Positions 50,016 to 59,795 are shown, numbered from the stretch's first letter. The stretch is 64,000 bases of DNA from Candidatus Angelobacter sp. (GCA_035643775.1 DASQPV010000016.1:90529-154528), one strand, 5' to 3'. The notes: generated from the letters alone by a model not told the origin. Translations and numbers: made by a program.

Positions 50016-51348
50016 ATACTTTTTCAGTTCTATTAAAAATATTTGGAAAATAGAGGATCTACGCTATAAAATAGGAATAACTTTAGGGTTTCTTCTAGTT
50101 TACAGATTTAGTTCTTATGTTCCACTTCCTGGAATAAATCCACAAGGGATTTACAATTTTATGGAAAATGTAAATACTGGGGAAAAAGGGCTCCTGCAAA
50201 TTATCTATTCGTTTTCTGGAGGAGCTTTTAGTAGAGCATCTGTTTTGGCTTTAGGAATTATGCCTTATATATCTTCCTCCATTTTTGTACATTTAATTTC
50301 TTTAATTTTTCCTTATCTTAAAAAAGATGGGGAGAGTAGCCTAATCCTAATTAACAGGATAATTAGAATGGTAACAGTTATAATTTGTTTGATACAAGCT
50401 CCCACTTATTGTAATATTCTAACAACAAAATTTATTCCTTTTTCCTATGCACCTAAAGCTTATCTCTTGGATCTTTCTATTTATTGGGAAAAAGTTTTTT
50501 TTTGGGTTATTTCTATCGTAGTTCTTACAGTTGGCACATTTTTCACAATTTGGATAGGGGAAAATATTACAGATAAAGGAATAGGAAATGGGGTTTCTTT
50601 GATTATTATGTCCGGGATTATCGACAGGTTTCCAAACGCTCTTTATACTGAAATAGTTAGTCATTTAGGAGCAAGTGGAGGATTATTTTTTTTGTTTTTT
50701 GAATGTTTGTTATGGTTGCTTATTGTTTGCTTTTGCATAATGGTTATACAGGCTGTAAGGAAAGTCCCCGTTCAATACGTTGGGAGTAATCAAAAACAGA
50801 ATTCTATCATTACTATGCGACATTATATACCATTAAAGGTCATTAGTGTAGGCGTTATGCCTATTATATTTGCTCAGTCTATTATGCTTTTTACAATGAT
50901 GTTTTCTTCTCATTTAAGATCAACATTTAAAAATGTTTATGGGTTTTGGTATAATTTAGTTTTTTCTATTTTTATTATATTTTTTACATTTTTTTATACA
51001 GCTTTAACGATTCCAGTTCATCAGATTACGGATGATCTTAAAAGGGATGGAGGGCATATTCCCAAAGTGAAACCTGGTAAAGAAACTTTGGATTATTTGG
51101 ATAATATTTTGGCAGTAATAACTATTCCGGGATCATTTTTACTAGTTATTATTGCTATACTCCCTTCTTTTATTGTTAAAATAGGGGTGACTAAGAATTT
51201 AGCTTTATTCTATGGTGGGACTTCTCTACTAATTATAGTAGGATCTGTTTTAGATACCATGCAGCAGATTGATCCCTACTTTTTAAATAATCATTATGAT
51301 ATCCTACTCAGCTTGTATCATCAAAAATTATGGAAAAATTATGGATAG
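50002..51348 (+). CDS. secY: preprotein translocase subunit SecY
   Basis: 448 aa, 10-TM pattern. Contains [11 protein letters not shown] and [18 protein letters not shown]. Confidence 0.96.
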   Translation: MTGFEYFFSSIKNIWKIEDLRYKIGITLGFLLVYRFSSYVPLPGINPQGIYNFMENVNTGEKGLLQIIYSFSGGAFSRASVLALGIMPYISSSIFVHLISLIFPYLKKDGESSLILINRIIRMVTVIICLIQAPTYCNILTTKFIPFSYAPKAYLLDLSIYWEKVFFWVISIVVLTVGTFFTIWIGENITDKGIGNGVSLIIMSGIIDRFPNALYTEIVSHLGASGGLFFLFFECLLWLLIVCFCIMVIQAVRKVPVQYVGSNQKQNSIITMRHYIPLKVISVGVMPIIFAQSIMLFTMMFSSHLRSTFKNVYGFWYNLVFSIFIIFFTFFYTALTIPVHQITDDLKRDGGHIPKVKPGKETLDYLDNILAVITIPGSFLLVIIAILPSFIVKIGVTKNLALFYGGTSLLIIVGSVLDTMQQIDPYFLNNHYDILLSLYHQKLWKNYG

Positions 51349-51559
51349 GAATAAAGAATACATAGAAATTGACGGAAAAATTATTGAATCTCTCCCTAAT
51401 GCTATGTTTCGCGTTGAATTGGAAAATAAATCAATAATAACTGCTTATATTTCAGGAAAAATGAGAATGCATTATATAAAGTTATACCCAGGTGATAAAG
51501 TGAAACTTGAAATTTCTGCTTATGATTTAAGCAAAGCTAGAATAAAGTATAGATATTGA
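51341..51559 (+). CDS. infA: translation initiation factor IF-1
   Basis: Internal ATG of track ORF 51296..51559. Contains [47 protein letters not shown]. 8-nt overlap with secY. Confidence 0.94.
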   Translation: MDRNKEYIEIDGKIIESLPNAMFRVELENKSIITAYISGKMRMHYIKLYPGDKVKLEISAYDLSKARIKYRY

Positions 51560-51569
51560 AATTAAAACT

Positions 51570-51686
51570 ATGAAAGTAAGAACATCATTAAAAAAAAGAA
51601 GCGATGATTGTAAATTCGTAAAACGAAAAGGGTGTCTCCGAATAATCAATAAAAAAAATCCTAAATTTAAACAAAAACAAGGTTAA
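51570..51686 (+). CDS. rpmJ: 50S ribosomal protein L36
   Basis: Below the ORF-track size cutoff and found by reading: [38 protein letters not shown] (38 aa). It sits in the conserved slot between infA and rpsM. Confidence 0.9.
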   Translation: MKVRTSLKKRSDDCKFVKRKGCLRIINKKNPKFKQKQG

Positions 51687-51688
51687 AG

Positions 51689-52066
51689 ATGGCTAGAATT
51701 TCAGGGGTAGATTTACCGAAAAACAAAAGGGGGATTATAGGTTTAACCTATATCTATGGAATAGGAAAAAGTACAGCTAGAAAAATTTTAGCTAGGATAA
51801 ACATTAATGAGAATATTAAGGTGAAAGATTGGTCATATGACCAAATTAACCATATTAGAAAACATATTCTGAATATGGTTAAGGTGGAAGGGGAATTACG
51901 TTCATATAATCAGATGAACATAAAAAGACTTATTGACATAAGATGTCGTAGAGGTATTAGACACAAACTAGGTTTATCCGTTCGAGGACAAAGAACAAAA
52001 AATAATTGCCGAACTAGAAAAGGTAAGAGAAAAACTGTAGCCAATAAGAAAAAAGCTTTCAAGTAG
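51689..52066 (+). CDS. rpsM: 30S ribosomal protein S13
   Basis: 125 aa. [26 protein letters not shown] start. Confidence 0.96.
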   Translation: MARISGVDLPKNKRGIIGLTYIYGIGKSTARKILARININENIKVKDWSYDQINHIRKHILNMVKVEGELRSYNQMNIKRLIDIRCRRGIRHKLGLSVRGQRTKNNCRTRKGKRKTVANKKKAFK

Positions 52067-52074
52067 TAAAAAAT

Positions 52075-52446
52075 ATGAAAAAAAAGAAAAAAGTTATTGT
52101 AGATTCTGTTGGAGAGGCTCATATAAAGTCTACTTTTAATAATATTATCATTACTCTTACGAATAAGAAAGGAGACGTTATTGCATGGGCTTCAGCTGGT
52201 AGAATAGGATTTAGGGGGGCAAAAAAAAATACTCCTTATGCTGCTCAAATAACAGCAGAAACCGTAGCCAAAGAAGGTATGGAATATGGATTAAAAAAAA
52301 TAGACGTAATTGTACAAGGACCTGGTATTGGTAGAGATTCAGCTATACGTGCCTTAAGCAATACAGGGATTAAAATTCTGGCAATTAGAGATGTTACTCC
52401 TTTACCCCATAATGGATGTAGGCCTCCTAAAAAAAGAAGAGTTTAA
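52075..52446 (+). CDS. rpsK: 30S ribosomal protein S11
   Basis: 123 aa. Contains [30 protein letters not shown] and [17 protein letters not shown]. Confidence 0.96.
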   Translation: MKKKKKVIVDSVGEAHIKSTFNNIIITLTNKKGDVIAWASAGRIGFRGAKKNTPYAAQITAETVAKEGMEYGLKKIDVIVQGPGIGRDSAIRALSNTGIKILAIRDVTPLPHNGCRPPKKRRV

Positions 52447-52462
52447 TTTAACAGTTATTTAT

Positions 52463-53080
52463 ATGGCAAGATACATAGGACCTCGAGGAAAAATTGAACG
52501 AAAATTTGGAGAACCCTTATATGGTAAAACTAAAGCTTTTAGCAGAAAAAAATATCCACCAGGCCAACATGGCTTAAATAGAAAAAAAATAGGAATCGTA
52601 AAAAGATCGGAATATTCTATTCAGTTATCTGAAAAACAGAAAGTGAAGCATATATACGGTATATTAGAACGGCAGTTTTTCAATATGTTTGAAAAAGCTT
52701 CTAAAAAAAAAGGTGTAACAGGTGAATTACTTTTACAGAGTTGTGAATCTCGTTTAGACAATGTGGTTTATAGACTTGGATTGGCTCCATCAAGAGCTTC
52801 AGCACGTCAATTAGTTTCTCATAGACATATTATGGTGGATGATAGAATAGTAAATATACCCTCTTTTAGCTTAAAACCTAGAGATACTATAAAAGTTAGA
52901 GAAAAATCTAAAAAACATCCAATAATTCAGAAATCTCTAAGTATGAGAACTCGTCCTATAAATGATTGGTTGTTTTGGGATAGCAAAAAAATGACGGGTA
53001 TTTTTCAAAGTATTCCAAGCAGGGAACAGATCCCTGAAAATATTAAAGAACAATTAATTGTTGAACTTTTTTCCAAATAA
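52463..53080 (+). CDS. rpsD: 30S ribosomal protein S4
   Basis: Internal ATG of track ORF 52391..53080. [17 protein letters not shown] start, S4 RNA-binding domain [29 protein letters not shown]. Confidence 0.95.
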   Translation: MARYIGPRGKIERKFGEPLYGKTKAFSRKKYPPGQHGLNRKKIGIVKRSEYSIQLSEKQKVKHIYGILERQFFNMFEKASKKKGVTGELLLQSCESRLDNVVYRLGLAPSRASARQLVSHRHIMVDDRIVNIPSFSLKPRDTIKVREKSKKHPIIQKSLSMRTRPINDWLFWDSKKMTGIFQSIPSREQIPENIKEQLIVELFSK

Positions 53081-53084
53081 AGAA

Positions 53085-54071
53085 ATGGATTTACAAAATT
53101 TCATTAAACCAGATAAACCTTTAGTTTTAAATTCAAACCAAGAATCTGGTCTTTTCCAGATTAAACCTTTAGCTCCAGGTTTTGGTTGCACAATTGGAAA
53201 TTCTCTAAGAAGAGTTCTTTTGTCGTCTTTGGATGGATTTGCTGTTACCTCAATTTTTATTGAGGGAGTAGGACATGAATTTTCTACAATAAAAGGAGTT
53301 CTTGAAGACGTCACTGAAATTGTACTAAATTTTAAAAAAATACGCTTTAAAAAAAGCGGTAATGAGAAAAACATTGAGACTGTTTATGCAAATCTTATTG
53401 ATAATGAATGCGTAACAGCTGGGTATCTAGAAAAATTTATGACTTCATTTAAAGTAATGAATCCAGATTTAATTATTTGTCACAAATATAAATCTGAACC
53501 GCTCTCTATTATTTTTACTATAGAAATAGGGATAGGATATGTTCCTGCTGAAAATAATAAGAAAAAAGAGTCGTCTTTAGGTACTATATTCATGGATTCT
53601 ATTCATACCCCTATTAAAAATGTTAAATATTCTATAGAAGAAAAATATTGTTTGTTGAAAAAAAAGAATTTGGAGACCCTATTGCTAGAAATAAAAACGG
53701 ATGGCTCCATTTCTCCAGAAAAGGCCTTAAAAAAAGCTTCAAATATATTAATGCAACATTTTTCTATTGTTTCTGACGATATAAGAAAAACTTCTGAAGA
53801 AGCTAAAAAGGAGGATACTGAAAAAATTTGGAGACTGTTAAAAACAAATATTTCTGATGTAGAAAATTTAGGAAAACGTACTTTGAACTGCTTTAAATCA
53901 GCAGGAATAAAGACTTTTTCAGATTTAGTTTCTTATAATGTAGAGACTATTCTTAAATTGAAGAATTTTGGTAGAAAATCATTGGAGGAATTAGAATCTG
54001 AAATGAAGAAAAGAGGTTTATATTTCGGAATGGATCCATCGAAAGATCTTCTAAATATAGATGAAAATTAA
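53085..54071 (+). CDS. rpoA: DNA-directed RNA polymerase alpha subunit
   Basis: Internal ATG of track ORF 53058..54071. Contains PLAPGFGCTIGNSLRRVLLSSLDGFAVTSI, with a C-terminal domain containing LGKRTLNCFKSAGIKTFSDL. Confidence 0.95.
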   Translation: MDLQNFIKPDKPLVLNSNQESGLFQIKPLAPGFGCTIGNSLRRVLLSSLDGFAVTSIFIEGVGHEFSTIKGVLEDVTEIVLNFKKIRFKKSGNEKNIETVYANLIDNECVTAGYLEKFMTSFKVMNPDLIICHKYKSEPLSIIFTIEIGIGYVPAENNKKKESSLGTIFMDSIHTPIKNVKYSIEEKYCLLKKKNLETLLLEIKTDGSISPEKALKKASNILMQHFSIVSDDIRKTSEEAKKEDTEKIWRLLKTNISDVENLGKRTLNCFKSAGIKTFSDLVSYNVETILKLKNFGRKSLEELESEMKKRGLYFGMDPSKDLLNIDEN

Positions 54072-54082
54072 GAATAACATCA

Positions 54083-54463
54083 ATGAAACACGGAAAAAAA
54101 ATAAATCACTTAGGAAGAATTTCATCACATAGAAAAATTATGCTAGCTAATTTGGCTAATTCTCTTCTTAAACATAAGAGGATAAATACTACTCTAGCAA
54201 AAGCTAAATCATTAAGGAGGTATATAGAACCAATGATTTCTAAAAGTAGAAAGGGAGATATTCATTCTATGCGAATGATATTTAAACGGTTACATAACAA
54301 AGCAATGGTTGCTGAACTTTTTAACTCTATTTCAGAAAAAGTATCTAAGCGGCCTGGAGGTTATACAAGAATTATTAAAACAGGGTATAGATTGGGAGAT
54401 GGAGCAGATACTGCTATTATTGAAATAGTTGATTTTAATGAAACATACAAGAAAATCAGATGA
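54083..54463 (+). CDS. rplQ: 50S ribosomal protein L17
   Basis: 126 aa. MKHGKKINHLGRISSHRKIMLANLANSLLKHKRINTTLAKAK start. Confidence 0.95.
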   Translation: MKHGKKINHLGRISSHRKIMLANLANSLLKHKRINTTLAKAKSLRRYIEPMISKSRKGDIHSMRMIFKRLHNKAMVAELFNSISEKVSKRPGGYTRIIKTGYRLGDGADTAIIEIVDFNETYKKIR

Positions 54464-54591
54464 GCATTTGCCCGTCAAATATTAGATTCTATCCTACTAT
54501 TGAAGTGGATAAAATGGGGTATACTCAGGTAATGGTGTTTTAAAAGCTGTAAAGCATGTGAATGAAATAATTGCTCCAGAAATAAAGGGTC

Positions 54592-54625
54592 TGGATCAAA
54601 GTCTTTTATGGATCAAAGTCTTTTA
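54592..54625 (+). repeat. perfect 17-bp tandem duplication (TGGATCAAAGTCTTTTA x2) inside the eno pseudogene
   Basis: Direct reading shows copies at 54592-54608 and 54609-54625. The duplication shifts the frame at the DQSLL codons. Confidence 0.9.
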
Positions 54626-55048
54626 ATGATTGATATTGACGGAACAGAAAATAAAAGTCGTCTTGTGCTAATGCTATTATTGGGTTATATAGGTGGAATA
54701 AATGCTTATACTATGCCTGATGATGAATATAGTTTATGGTTGATGAAAGGCCTTCATTCTCCTATTTCTTTTCAAGAATTTATGATTGTTCCAGTATCAG
54801 CGTGGAAATTTTTCATCAACTATCTTACGTACCTAAGTATCTCAGTTGGAGATGAAGGTGGATTTTCATTAATTTTACTGTAGATGCTATAAAAATAAGG
54901 ATATAAACCTGTTAATGCTTGCTTTAGATTGCGCTTCTTCCGATAGACGGAAAATATGATTATACTCGTTTTGAAGGTGAAAAAGGTTGTTTACGTTCGA
55001 GTGAAGAACAAGTGAATTAAGCTTATTGAAAAGTATCCAATTATCTCT

Positions 55049-55086
55049 ATTGAAGATGTATCAAAACATTGAAGATGGATCAAAAC
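55049..55086 (+). repeat. 19-bp tandem duplication (ATTGAAGATG[T/G]ATCAAAAC x2, one mismatch) inside the eno pseudogene
   Basis: Direct reading shows copies at 55049-55067 and 55068-55086, at the IEDG..DW codons. Confidence 0.88.
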
Positions 55087-55134
55087 GATTGGGAAGGATA
55101 AAAGATTTAGTAGGCGATGATTTATTCGTTACAA

Positions 55135-55198
55135 ATATTTCTAGATTAAAGGAAGGAAGATTAAAGGAAGGATATTTCTAGATTAGATTAAAGGAAGG
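55135..55198 (+). repeat. compound duplication inside the eno pseudogene: AGATTAAAGGAAGG x3 and ATATTTCTAGATT x2
   Basis: Direct reading gives the 14-mer at 55143, 55158 and 55185, and the 13-mer at 55135 and 55172, at the SRLKEG codons. Confidence 0.85.
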
Positions 55199-55395
55199 AA
55201 TAGAAAAAACAGTTTCAAAAAGGTGAAGGGAGACGGTAATTAATTATGCCTCATACATAATTATACGACGATAATACCTCATCGTTCTGGAGAAACTGAA
55301 GATTATCGGTAGCTTTTAATGTTTCTACTGGATCACAGATCGCCTTGGCGACAATTGAAGAAATACTAGTAGCGTCTGCTTTTTTTCCTAAATAG

Positions 55396-55490
55396 CAGGT
55401 ACCTACACCAAGTCCGCTCTACCGTTTTACCTTTGCTTCATTCCTGACCTGGAGGATTTTAACAGGAGCTTGCTTGTGCAGGTACCCCTA
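55396..55490 (-). ncRNA. ffs: signal recognition particle RNA (small bacterial 4.5S type)
   Basis: The minus-strand RNA reads GGGGUACCUGCAC...CUGUUAAAAUCCUCC-AGGUCA-GGAA-UGAAGCA-AAGGUAA...GUGUAGGUACCU. Three things support it:
- An 11-bp terminal helix (GGUACCUGCAC/GUGUAGGUACC).
- Further internal pairing (GCUC/GAGC).
- An apex matching the SRP domain IV signature: symmetric loop AGG / AGCA flanking a 2-bp stem that closes a GGAA tetraloop, compared with E. coli 4.5S AGGUCC-GGAA-GGAAGCA.
The stretch is also richer in G+C than its surroundings. Confidence 0.75.
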
Positions 55491-55533
55491 CAAAATAAGC
55501 AAATTAAAGTCAGCGTATTAATTTTTCTAAAAT

Positions 55534-56604
55534 ATGGCAGGGAATACTTTCGGAAATCTTTTTAAGCTGACCACTTTTGGTAATAGTCACGGAGTAGCTA
55601 TTGGTGGAATTATAGATGGATGTCCATCTGGACTTTCAATAAATTTTGAAAAAATACAATACGAACTATCTAGAAGAAAACCTGGACAATCATCCATTGT
55701 GACCCAACGTAGAGAAGATGATTTTGTAATCTTCTTCTCCGGAATTTTTAATGGAATTACGACAGGGACACCTATTGGATTTTTTATTTACAATAGAAAT
55801 CAAAAATCAATAGATTATGATCATATAAAATCTATATATAGACCTTCCCATTCGGATTTTACTTATGATAAAAAATATGGATTAAGAGATTATAGAGGAG
55901 GTGGAAGATCTTCTGCTAGAGAAACAGTTTGCAGAGTAGTTGCAGGATCTATTGCCAAACAATTGCTAAAAGACATAAAAATAATTGCTTACGTTTCTTC
56001 CGTTGAGTATTTTAGCTTAGAGAAAAACTATAGGGATCTAAATCTCAACTCTATAGAATCTAATCCAGTTCGCTGTCCAGATCCAGATATTTCCAGTAAA
56101 ATGATAGATTTAATTAAAAAAGTGAGAAAATCTGGAGATTCCGTAGGAGGAGTAATAAGTTGTGTTATTAAAAATGTCCCAATAGGGCTAGGAGAGCCTA
56201 TTTTTAATAAACTTCATGCAGAATTAGCTAGCGCGATGTTATCTATTAATGCAGCTAAAGGGTTCGAATCCGGAAGTGGATTCTCTGGATCAGAGATGAG
56301 GGGATATAATCATAATGATATTTTTAACGTTGATGGAAACACTAAAAAAAATTTTTCTGGAGGAATTCAAGGTGGAATATCTAATGGAATTGACATATAT
56401 TTTAGCGTAGCCTTCAAACCAATAGCGACTTTGATGAGTACACAGAGAACCATCGATAAAAATGAAAACATATGCCTTTCCAAAGGAAAAGGACGACATG
56501 ATCCTTGTGTTCTTCCTAGAGCTGTCCCTATTGTGGAATCTATGGCTGCCTTAGTTTTAGCCGATTATTGGCTTTATGGAAAGCTAACAAAACTATGCAT
56601 ATAA
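55534..56604 (+). CDS. aroC: chorismate synthase
   Basis: 356 aa. [20 protein letters not shown] start, plus [24 protein letters not shown]. Confidence 0.96.
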   Translation: MAGNTFGNLFKLTTFGNSHGVAIGGIIDGCPSGLSINFEKIQYELSRRKPGQSSIVTQRREDDFVIFFSGIFNGITTGTPIGFFIYNRNQKSIDYDHIKSIYRPSHSDFTYDKKYGLRDYRGGGRSSARETVCRVVAGSIAKQLLKDIKIIAYVSSVEYFSLEKNYRDLNLNSIESNPVRCPDPDISSKMIDLIKKVRKSGDSVGGVISCVIKNVPIGLGEPIFNKLHAELASAMLSINAAKGFESGSGFSGSEMRGYNHNDIFNVDGNTKKNFSGGIQGGISNGIDIYFSVAFKPIATLMSTQRTIDKNENICLSKGKGRHDPCVLPRAVPIVESMAALVLADYWLYGKLTKLCI

Positions 56605-57500
56605 TATCAATATTCGGTCCTACGGCAGTAGGCAAGACATCTCTTTCAATTTTACTTGCAAAAACCTTAGGTTTTGAAATTATATCTTGTGATTCTAGAC
56701 AATTTTATAAAGAGCTTGTAATTGGAACTGCTAAACCTTCAAAAGAAGAACTTAAAATAATTCCCCACCATTTCATAGAACACTTAAGTGTATTTCAAAC
56801 CTATAATGCAGGAAGTTTTGAAAGAGATGCTTCAGAAAAGCTAGATGAAATCTTTTCAAGATACAATGCAGTATTCGTTGTAGGTGGATCATGTTTATAT
56901 GGAAAAGCTCTACTTGAAGGTTTAGATATCTTTCCAGAAGTATCTAGCGAAATAAAAAACTTATGGATTTCATTCTACCAAAGAAAGGGATTGCATTTTT
57001 TACAAGATTCTCTTAAAAAGAGAGATCCATGTTATTATAAAACGGTAGACTTGAATAATCCACATAGGATGATTCGTGCTTTAAGTGTCATTGAATCTTG
57101 TGGTATGCCGTTTTCTTATTTTCTAAAGAAAGGAAGAAGGAAAAACATAAAGGTTATTAAAATTGGTCTTATATTGCCTACTGCAGAACTTTCTAAGAGA
57201 ATAGATCAAAGAGTTGACAAAATGATAAAAAATGGTTTACTTGAAGAAGCACGTATATGGTCTAATTGTAGGCATTTAAATGCCTTAAAAACTATAGGAT
57301 ATAAAGAATTTTTCTATTATCTAGACGGACATTACGATTTTTATCAGGCTGTAAATGAAATAAAAAAAAATTCTCGTAAATACGCTAAAAAACAAATTAC
57401 CTGGTTTAGAAGAGATTCTTCTATTCTATGGTTTTCTCCTATAGAATACAAGGAAATTTTGAATTTTATTCTAAAAGCACTTTATTCTCTCCAATCTTAA
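56595..57500 (+). CDS. miaA: tRNA dimethylallyltransferase
   Basis: Internal ATG of track ORF 56568..57500. P-loop [14 protein letters not shown], plus [16 protein letters not shown] and [13 protein letters not shown]-like [14 protein letters not shown]. Confidence 0.93.
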   Translation: MHIISIFGPTAVGKTSLSILLAKTLGFEIISCDSRQFYKELVIGTAKPSKEELKIIPHHFIEHLSVFQTYNAGSFERDASEKLDEIFSRYNAVFVVGGSCLYGKALLEGLDIFPEVSSEIKNLWISFYQRKGLHFLQDSLKKRDPCYYKTVDLNNPHRMIRALSVIESCGMPFSYFLKKGRRKNIKVIKIGLILPTAELSKRIDQRVDKMIKNGLLEEARIWSNCRHLNALKTIGYKEFFYYLDGHYDFYQAVNEIKKNSRKYAKKQITWFRRDSSILWFSPIEYKEILNFILKALYSLQS

Positions 57501-58790
57501 TTTACATTTAAATACGTTATTGGGATTCTCTTTATCCCAATAAATACTCATCCAAGTAAAAATTGGTTTTCCTACAATATGGTCTTCAGGTACAAATCCC
57601 CAAAAACGGGAATCCAATGAATTATACCAATTATCTCCTATCATGAAATAATAGTTTTGATGAAAAACATATTCATAAGTTTCCATATTGTTAATATAAA
57701 ATTTTTTTCCTTTTATTTTTAAGTAGTTATTTTCATATATATTTATAATGTCTTTATAAAGGTTGATATTATCAGAATTTAGCATTATATGATCTCCTTT
57801 CTTAGGAATTTTTAACGGACCGTAAAAGTCTAAATTCCAACTAAAATTTTTAGGAAATAAAAATTTTTGACTTTTGTATATTGGTATAATATATCGCTTT
57901 ACTGAAACTACTTCATTAAGGGTTCTTATTAATTTAGCTTCTACTCCAGAAAGCATTATTTTGTTTAGTGACCTTAAGGTCCGTATAATATATAAATATT
58001 TTCTTTTTGCATTTTTTGACAATCTTTCTTTTTTACCATTTATAAATAAAATAGATCTACGTATTTCTAAAGTGTCGCCTGGAATAGCTATACATCGTTT
58101 TATATAATGATCTTTTCTATCTGTCTCGGTATAAGATGAATGGGGAAAATTGAATACGATTATATCAGAACGTTTAATGTGAGTTATAGATGGAAGACGC
58201 AAGTAGGGTAATCTAATCCACTTTAAATAAGTACGAATGCCAAAAAATGGTAATCTGTTATGCAAAAGTGGTAAACTTATTGGAGTTATTGGTATGCGTA
58301 ATCCATAGTGTATTTTACTTACAAAAATAAAATCTCCAACTAATAAAGTTTTCTCCATTGAGGATGTTGGGATTGTAAATGGCTGAATAAGATATATGTG
58401 AATAAAAGATGATAAAATTATAGAAGATAGAAAAACTGAAAAAATGGGCTCTTTTTTTAGAGCCAAAAAATTGATATTATTATCATAGTTCAAATAAAAA
58501 ATATATAAACCTAATGTTAGGATCACTAGAATATAGTCTCTATTCCTAGTTTTTCCAAAACATTGAATAAAATCGATCCATAATAGAGGTAACATTACTG
58601 TGCAAATAATTGGGACAAAGAAAATTGGAAACCAATAAATTGGACGATTTACAATTTTTAGCATTACAATAAGATTGTAAAAAGGCAAAGCAGCTTCCCA
58701 AGATTTTCTTCCAGCTTTTTTATATAACCTATAAGTTCCCAGAAAATGAATCCCTTGGATGAGAAAAAAGACAATGATATAATTACTCAT
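57471..58790 (-). CDS. lepB: signal peptidase I (long Bacteroidetes form with N-terminal TM extension)
   Basis: 439 aa. Catalytic Ser box PTSSMEKTLLVGDFIFVSK, Lys box YIKRCIAIPGD, C-terminal GDNWYNSLDSRFWGFV. Confidence 0.92.
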   Translation of the reverse strand: MSNYIIVFFLIQGIHFLGTYRLYKKAGRKSWEAALPFYNLIVMLKIVNRPIYWFPIFFVPIICTVMLPLLWIDFIQCFGKTRNRDYILVILTLGLYIFYLNYDNNINFLALKKEPIFSVFLSSIILSSFIHIYLIQPFTIPTSSMEKTLLVGDFIFVSKIHYGLRIPITPISLPLLHNRLPFFGIRTYLKWIRLPYLRLPSITHIKRSDIIVFNFPHSSYTETDRKDHYIKRCIAIPGDTLEIRRSILFINGKKERLSKNAKRKYLYIIRTLRSLNKIMLSGVEAKLIRTLNEVVSVKRYIIPIYKSQKFLFPKNFSWNLDFYGPLKIPKKGDHIMLNSDNINLYKDIINIYENNYLKIKGKKFYINNMETYEYVFHQNYYFMIGDNWYNSLDSRFWGFVPEDHIVGKPIFTWMSIYWDKENPNNVFKCKLRLERIKCF

Positions 58791-58798
58791 ATCAATTC

Positions 58799-59497
58799 CT
58801 ATCCTAAAACATTTTTCAGAGAAAAAAATCCCTTTTTATTTACAATCCACTCTGAAGCTAGTACTGCACCTAGAGCGAACCCTTTACGACTAAAAGCTTT
58901 ATGAGTAATTTTGATTTCTTCAACTGCAGATTTGTAAGTTACCGTATGTGTGCCTGGAACGTTTTCAATTCGTTTTGAAAAAATAGATATTTTATCCTTT
59001 TTTTTTGATTTGCCGAAAATCCAACTATACTTTTTTCTACTTTCAGATCCTATATCCTTAGCTAAGGATATAGATGTTCCACTTGGATAATCTAACTTTT
59101 GAACATGATGAATTTCGAGGATTTCTACTTTAAACTCGGAAGGCCTTCCGAATCTAGCCAGTTTTCGATTAATCTCAAAAAATATATTCATTCCTAAACT
59201 AAAATTAGAAGAATACAAGAAAGATCCGTTATATTCCCTACAAATGTATTCCACCTCTTTAAACTTTTCTAACCAGCCTGTTGTACCTGAAACAATAGGG
59301 ATATGGTGTTTTAAACAAATTTTAATATTTTCAAAAGCTACTTCAGGCCTACTGAATTCTAGAACCACCTCTGATGTATTAAGTTTCTGAGAATCAGGAG
59401 TAGAAGAAGAAGCAAAAACGATTTGATGCCCACGTTTTAAAGCAATCTCTTCAACAGCTTTTCCCATTTTTCCATAACCAATCAATGCTATTTTCAT
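58799..59497 (-). CDS. dapB: 4-hydroxy-tetrahydrodipicolinate reductase
   Basis: 232 aa. MKIALIGYGKMGKAV start, plus GTTGW and EIHHVQKLDYPSGT. Confidence 0.93.
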   Translation of the reverse strand: MKIALIGYGKMGKAVEEIALKRGHQIVFASSSTPDSQKLNTSEVVLEFSRPEVAFENIKICLKHHIPIVSGTTGWLEKFKEVEYICREYNGSFLYSSNFSLGMNIFFEINRKLARFGRPSEFKVEILEIHHVQKLDYPSGTSISLAKDIGSESRKKYSWIFGKSKKKDKISIFSKRIENVPGTHTVTYKSAVEEIKITHKAFSRKGFALGAVLASEWIVNKKGFFSLKNVLG

Positions 59498-59513
59498 TTT
59501 TTTTTAAATTTTA

Positions 59514-59597
59514 GCCCACGTGGTGAAATTGGTAGACACGTCATCTTGAGGAGGTGATATCTGAAAATATGTGCTGGTTCGAGTCCAGTCGTGGGTA
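59514..59597 (+). tRNA. tRNA-Leu (anticodon GAG)
   Basis: Hand-folded. Acceptor GCCCACG/CGTGGGT, anticodon stem TCATC/GGTGA with loop TTGAGGA, long variable arm, T-loop GGTTCGAGTCC. Confidence 0.88.
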
Positions 59598-59683
59598 TAT
59601 TATTCGTATTGTAGAAGTTAATTAATCTAACTCGCATAATGCATTATTTATTATTTTTAGTTATATAGTACTTTTTTTACAAA

Positions 59684-59716
59684 ATTTGATTTTTTTTCTA
59701 AAAATTCTTATCTTTA
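59684..59716 (+). promoter_or_regulatory. candidate Bacteroidetes-type promoter (TTTG -33 element, 21-nt spacer, TAtcTTTa -7 element) for the tRNA-Met/infB unit
   Basis: TTTG lies at 59684-59687 and TATCTTTA at 59709-59716. The tRNA 5' end follows 7 nt downstream (59724). This was matched by eye to the TTTG-N19-21-TAnnTTTG consensus, and in AT-rich DNA such matches occur by chance. Confidence 0.3.
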
Positions 59717-59723
59717 CAATAAA

Positions 59724-59795
59724 TGTGGGGTTGAGCAGAGGTAGTTCATCGGGCTCATAATCCGAAGGTCGCAGGTTCGAATCCTGCCCCCGCTT
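59724..59795 (+). tRNA. tRNA-Met (anticodon CAU), initiator-like
   Basis: Collinear with E. coli tRNA-fMet as I recall it. Initiator-type features are a U1-U72 mismatch at the acceptor end, A11:U24 in the D stem, a G-rich anticodon stem TCGGG/TCCGA, loop CTCATAA, variable AGGTC, and T-loop GGTTCGAATCC. Confidence 0.8.

Larger units (their letters stand above)
54464..55395 (+). pseudogene. eno: enolase pseudogene (no start codon; multiple frameshifts, stops, deletions and tandem duplications)
   Basis: Collinear enolase peptide fragments are scattered over all three + frames:
- ARQILDS / PTIEVD
- GNGVLKAVKHVNEIIAPEIKG
- DQSLLMIDIDGTENKSRL
- ANAILG (shifted)
- SFQEFMIVP
- VGDEGGF
- KYDYTRFEGEKG..SSEEQV
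- KYPIISIED
- NDWEG
- LVGDDLFVTNISRLKEG
- HRSGETED
- IEEIL..SAFFPK*
The span is ~930 bp against ~1.3 kb for an intact gene. Track ORF 54608..54883 is only a fragment of it. Confidence 0.9.

Noticed and set aside
54608-54883. 91-aa ORF that could be taken as a small novel gene after rplQ
   Set aside because: Its translation contains enolase fragments (MIDIDGTENKSRL, FQEFMIVP, VGDEGGF). It is one surviving frame segment of the eno pseudogene, not an independent gene.
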